Positions 63,887 through 64,000 of a stretch of DNA of 64,000 nt are shown here, piece after piece. A program made the translations under genes and the position numbers. Numbering within the stretch: position 1 is the first letter of the stretch; each line of letters opens with the position of its first letter. This DNA comes from Aplysia californica. Taxonomy: Eukaryota. Below the pieces are notes generated by a model, which saw nothing but the letters and a program-made list of their open reading frames with translations, was not told the DNA's origin and did not search any database. The stretch covers positions 157,355 to 221,354 of the forward strand of contig NW_004797931.1 of NCBI RefSeq assembly GCF_000002075.1. The letters run 5' to 3'.

Positions 63887-64000
63887 GTGAGTCATTTAAG
63901 TCTGACCACTGTTAGCAGAAGGTTAGAAGTTTCAAAGGATGTCGGGTTGACAATAGTGAAGCCTCATCTGACTGATGGTTAATTGATGAAAGGACTTCTA

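Overview
Repeat-rich animal genomic DNA, probably a gastropod mollusc (inference from the repeat repertoire and (AGATCT)n arrays), with four assembly gaps. Two spliced genes lie head-to-head. On the minus strand is a complete SRSF3/Rbp1-like SR splicing factor: 142 aa, one RRM plus an RS tail, no Zn knuckle, CDS join 35363-35146, 22328-22197, 17704-17633, 15634-15628, a likely non-coding exon 1 near 43.3 kb and a ~3.4-kb 3'UTR. On the plus strand is the 5' part of LIN9 (MuvB/DREAM subunit; 8 exons, 55818-63886, continuing beyond the window). The SR gene has a clear candidate autoregulatory poison exon (21600/21576-21052) and further candidate stop-containing cassettes. Its intron 2 holds a four-level nest of transposons: Gypsy LTR > Chapaev > Sola-like > 7-bp-TSD hAT-like element. 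The Chapaev element has CACAGCG termini whose second conserved block is offset by 10 bp between the two ends (RSS 12/23-like asymmetry), and a decayed transposase with the RAG1/Transib-type catalytic C-terminal motif. The rest is MITEs (piggyBac, Kolobok-like, Merlin/MULE, Sola, Harbinger, pogo), LINE fragments (RTE, L2, Ingi/I) and tRNA-derived SINEs. All calls are by eye; no searches were run.
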